A DNA stretch of 64,000 bases, from NCBI GenBank assembly GCA_028534125.1, contig CM052832.1, positions 16,060,001 through 16,124,000 on the forward strand, read 5' to 3'. The position numbers and the translations under genes were made by a program. The notes beneath the pieces were generated by a model, which was not told where the DNA came from, made no database searches, and worked only from the letters and a program-made list of their open reading frames with translations. Shown piece by piece: positions 61,612-64,000 of this stretch. Numbering within the stretch: position 1 is the stretch's first letter; each line of letters opens with the position of its first letter. This DNA comes from Lama glama. Lineage: Eukaryota.

Positions 61612-61979
61612 GGGGCCCGAAGCCTGACCCCAACCATCAGCTCCCTTTTCTTTCTCCCACCCTGTGTTCTGGCCCCAGACCAGTTCCCCGCTGTATAATC
61701 TCTACCCCACCTCCCCAGACTTTCTTCCACAACCAGAGCCTCCCACAAACTGCAATGAGTAAACACCTGACACGTCTTGCCCCATTCACTCGTGTGTGTA
61801 TGTGTGAGAGACACCCTCACCCCCTGCACCCTTGAGAGCCCTGAAGGAGAGGGGCTCAAGCGCATGCTTCCCCACACCACACCAACATCTACGCAAATTG
61901 GGGAGAAGATGTTCCTGTCATGGAAGGAAGGAGGGACGGGCCAAGGTGGGCAGAGTTCCCATGACTAGATCTCACCTTG

Positions 61980-61985
61980 TTTATT
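61980..61985 (-). terminator. RNF5 poly(A) signal
   Basis: TTTATT on + (AATAAA on -), ~455 nt past the RNF5 stop. Confidence 0.7.
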
Positions 61986-62438
61986 GAATTTGTAATAAAG
62001 GAGGTAGTGAGGGGAAGGAAGCACTTAAGAGTCAGAACACACATTAGACACTGGGGAGAGAAAAATTAAATTAAATCAACAAGGAGGCTGTGGGGAAGAG
62101 TAAGAGGGAGCCTTGCCCACCTGTCAACATCAAATCAAGAAACGCTGGGGAGAGTGGAGGATCGGGAGAGGAGAGACAGATAGTCTCTTCCGTCCGTCCT
62201 CCTCTCTCAGAGCTGGGAGTTCTGATGCTACTGACGGAGCAGTTCAGAGCAAAGGTTTTCCCATCCTATGCACAGATGTCACTCCTCCTCCCCGCACCCT
62301 CCCAGAAAGTGGCCGGGGTCGGCCTTAGCCAAGAGAAAGGGAGTAGTTGAGGGGAGGGTCCATGGTTAAGGAAGGGTCAGCAGGGACCCCCAATACTGAT
62401 TCTCCTCTGGCTGGAGGTGGGCAGGAAGGAGACACAGC

Positions 62439-63227
62439 TCAAATACTGAGCAGCCAGAAAAAGAAGAAGATGGCGAGAAACAGGAAGAGGGAGTCCTGCC
62501 AGCTGGAGGCCGGGTGACCCTGTCTCAGATCCACACCTGTGGGAGAGAGGAAAGCTGTGGAAAGAGCATCCACTCGTAGGCCCGGACGGGGGCTGGGGGG
62601 ATTCAGAGGGCTTGCTGGTAATAGCTGAGGGAAGTCTCTTACCTGTACCCCGACGGAATGGCTCATGGGTGTTGAAGATGGTGGTGAAAAAGCCAAAGGG
62701 AAAAGCACCAACACCAAATGAGAAGTGAAAGCCCCCAGTGTCACCAAACGGCTGGAATCCCTAGAGAGGTGGAGAAAGTCAGTAGGGAGATGGGCAAGTC
62801 TTTGGCCAGGAAGGAACACAATCAGACAAGACTCACCCCTCTGCTCTCCGGAGCTGGTCGCTGGCCCTGGGGGCGAGGTGGGGTTTTCAATCTGAGGAAG
62901 AGGAGAGGGACTATCAACAGGAAATATTCCCTCCTCTTCCACACCCACTCCCAGGACAGAAGCTTCCACCTTCCCTCGGCACCACCTCCCCTCTCTCACC
63001 TGGGATCCTGGGGCTTCTGGCTCCCTCGCCCATAAAGGGGGACAACCTTTTCTCTGCTGATCCCAGCTTTACACACTGGGCACTCTTGCCGCTCTGGCCG
63101 TGTCTCCAGCCACTGGGGGAAAAAAATGTAGTGGTTTCCAGTACACAGAAGGGTCTTCCAGCTCCTCAGACCTCCCCAATTCCCTCTTCATCTCCTCTGA
63201 GTACGCACCTGATGAAGACAGGGCCAA
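62439..63227 (-). CDS. RNF5: E3 ubiquitin ligase RNF5, coding exons 2-6; exon 1 lies beyond the window
   Basis: complement join 63209-63227, 63000-63112, 62837-62891, 62643-62760, 62439-62536; [36 protein letters not shown]...[21 protein letters not shown]. Confidence 0.97.
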
Positions 63228-63445
63228 CTGGAAGGGGGAAAAAGAAAGGTCAAACCAGCTACACAAAAGAGAGACACAGACCCAACCTCAGACCCATCTC
63301 GCCCCCTCTTCCCAGGTATTACCTGCTGTTTCTTTTCATATTTTCCACAACCTCTACCAGGCCAGCCAACTCAGCCTTCCTGCTTCTCTGACTTCCCCAC
63401 AGAGGAACATCCATCCTCAACATGCTCAAACGTTTCCTCTCCCCC

Positions 63446-63448
<3 letters not shown>

Positions 63449-63482
<34 letters not shown>
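63449..63482 (+). repeat. (AC)17 microsatellite in RNF5 intron 1
   Basis: Perfect dinucleotide run. Confidence 0.95.
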
Positions 63483-63488
<6 letters not shown>

Positions 63489-64000
63489 ATACAAATTCTC
63501 CCCCTCCCTTCTGTGTCTTTGGACTTAATTTCCACTCTTCAGCACACTTTTCCAGATCTACTCTTTCAGCCCCAGTCCCCATCCTTGCCCTCATCACTCC
63601 CAAACCAAACCCCTTTTTACTAGCACTTACCCCACTACTCCTTTTCCTCTCTCCTATGCCCAATAAAATCCCTATTTCCACAATTCCTTAACCCCTGGGG
63701 GCTGCCCCTCCACAGTGCCCTTGTCCCCAGTTTGCCATACCACCTCTTCCCATCTCTCACCTGAATGTAACCTCACATTCCCTAGATTCTCTAGATCTCC
63801 CCCAACTCAGTTGATGCGTGCCTCTCCTGACCTTTGAGTCTAGTCCGTATCCACCTGTACAGCTAAGATCCTTCCCAAGGGTAAGGTGGCTAAGGTCTCA
63901 CCTGCACAGATGTCCGGTGCCCATCCCCGGCGCGGCGCCACACTTCTTAACACACCATACGCCTCAGCTCCTAATTCCTATCACTCCCCTCTCCCAGGTC

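Overview
Mammalian genomic DNA from the MHC class II/class III boundary. It is probably camelid, judged from five copies of a Vic-1-like tRNA-derived SINE. On the + strand lie the 3' part of TSBP1/C6orf10 (phase-1 micro-exons of 9-27 nt plus a K/E/D-rich terminal exon), a repeat-rich spacer with a 500-N assembly gap, and complete NOTCH4 (30 exons, 1990 aa), GPSM3 (160 aa), PBX2 (430 aa) and AGER/RAGE (401 aa). RNF5 coding exons 2-6 converge on the - strand. All gene models were built by hand from GT-AG boundaries and join in frame. I found no new protein-coding system. The best leads are: (1) a TSBP1 micro-exon array that appears to evolve by exon-plus-intron duplication and splice-site decay; (2) an orphan CpG-rich element with a - strand splice donor beside a ~1.1-kb pyrimidine-strand degenerate repeat; (3) a compact SOX/CRE/double-RFX promoter module in NOTCH4 intron 28; (4) apparent loss of the esRAGE stop codon in AGER intron 9; (5) a bidirectional poly(A) signal between AGER and RNF5. 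Repeat boundaries are approximate and family names are recognised by eye.
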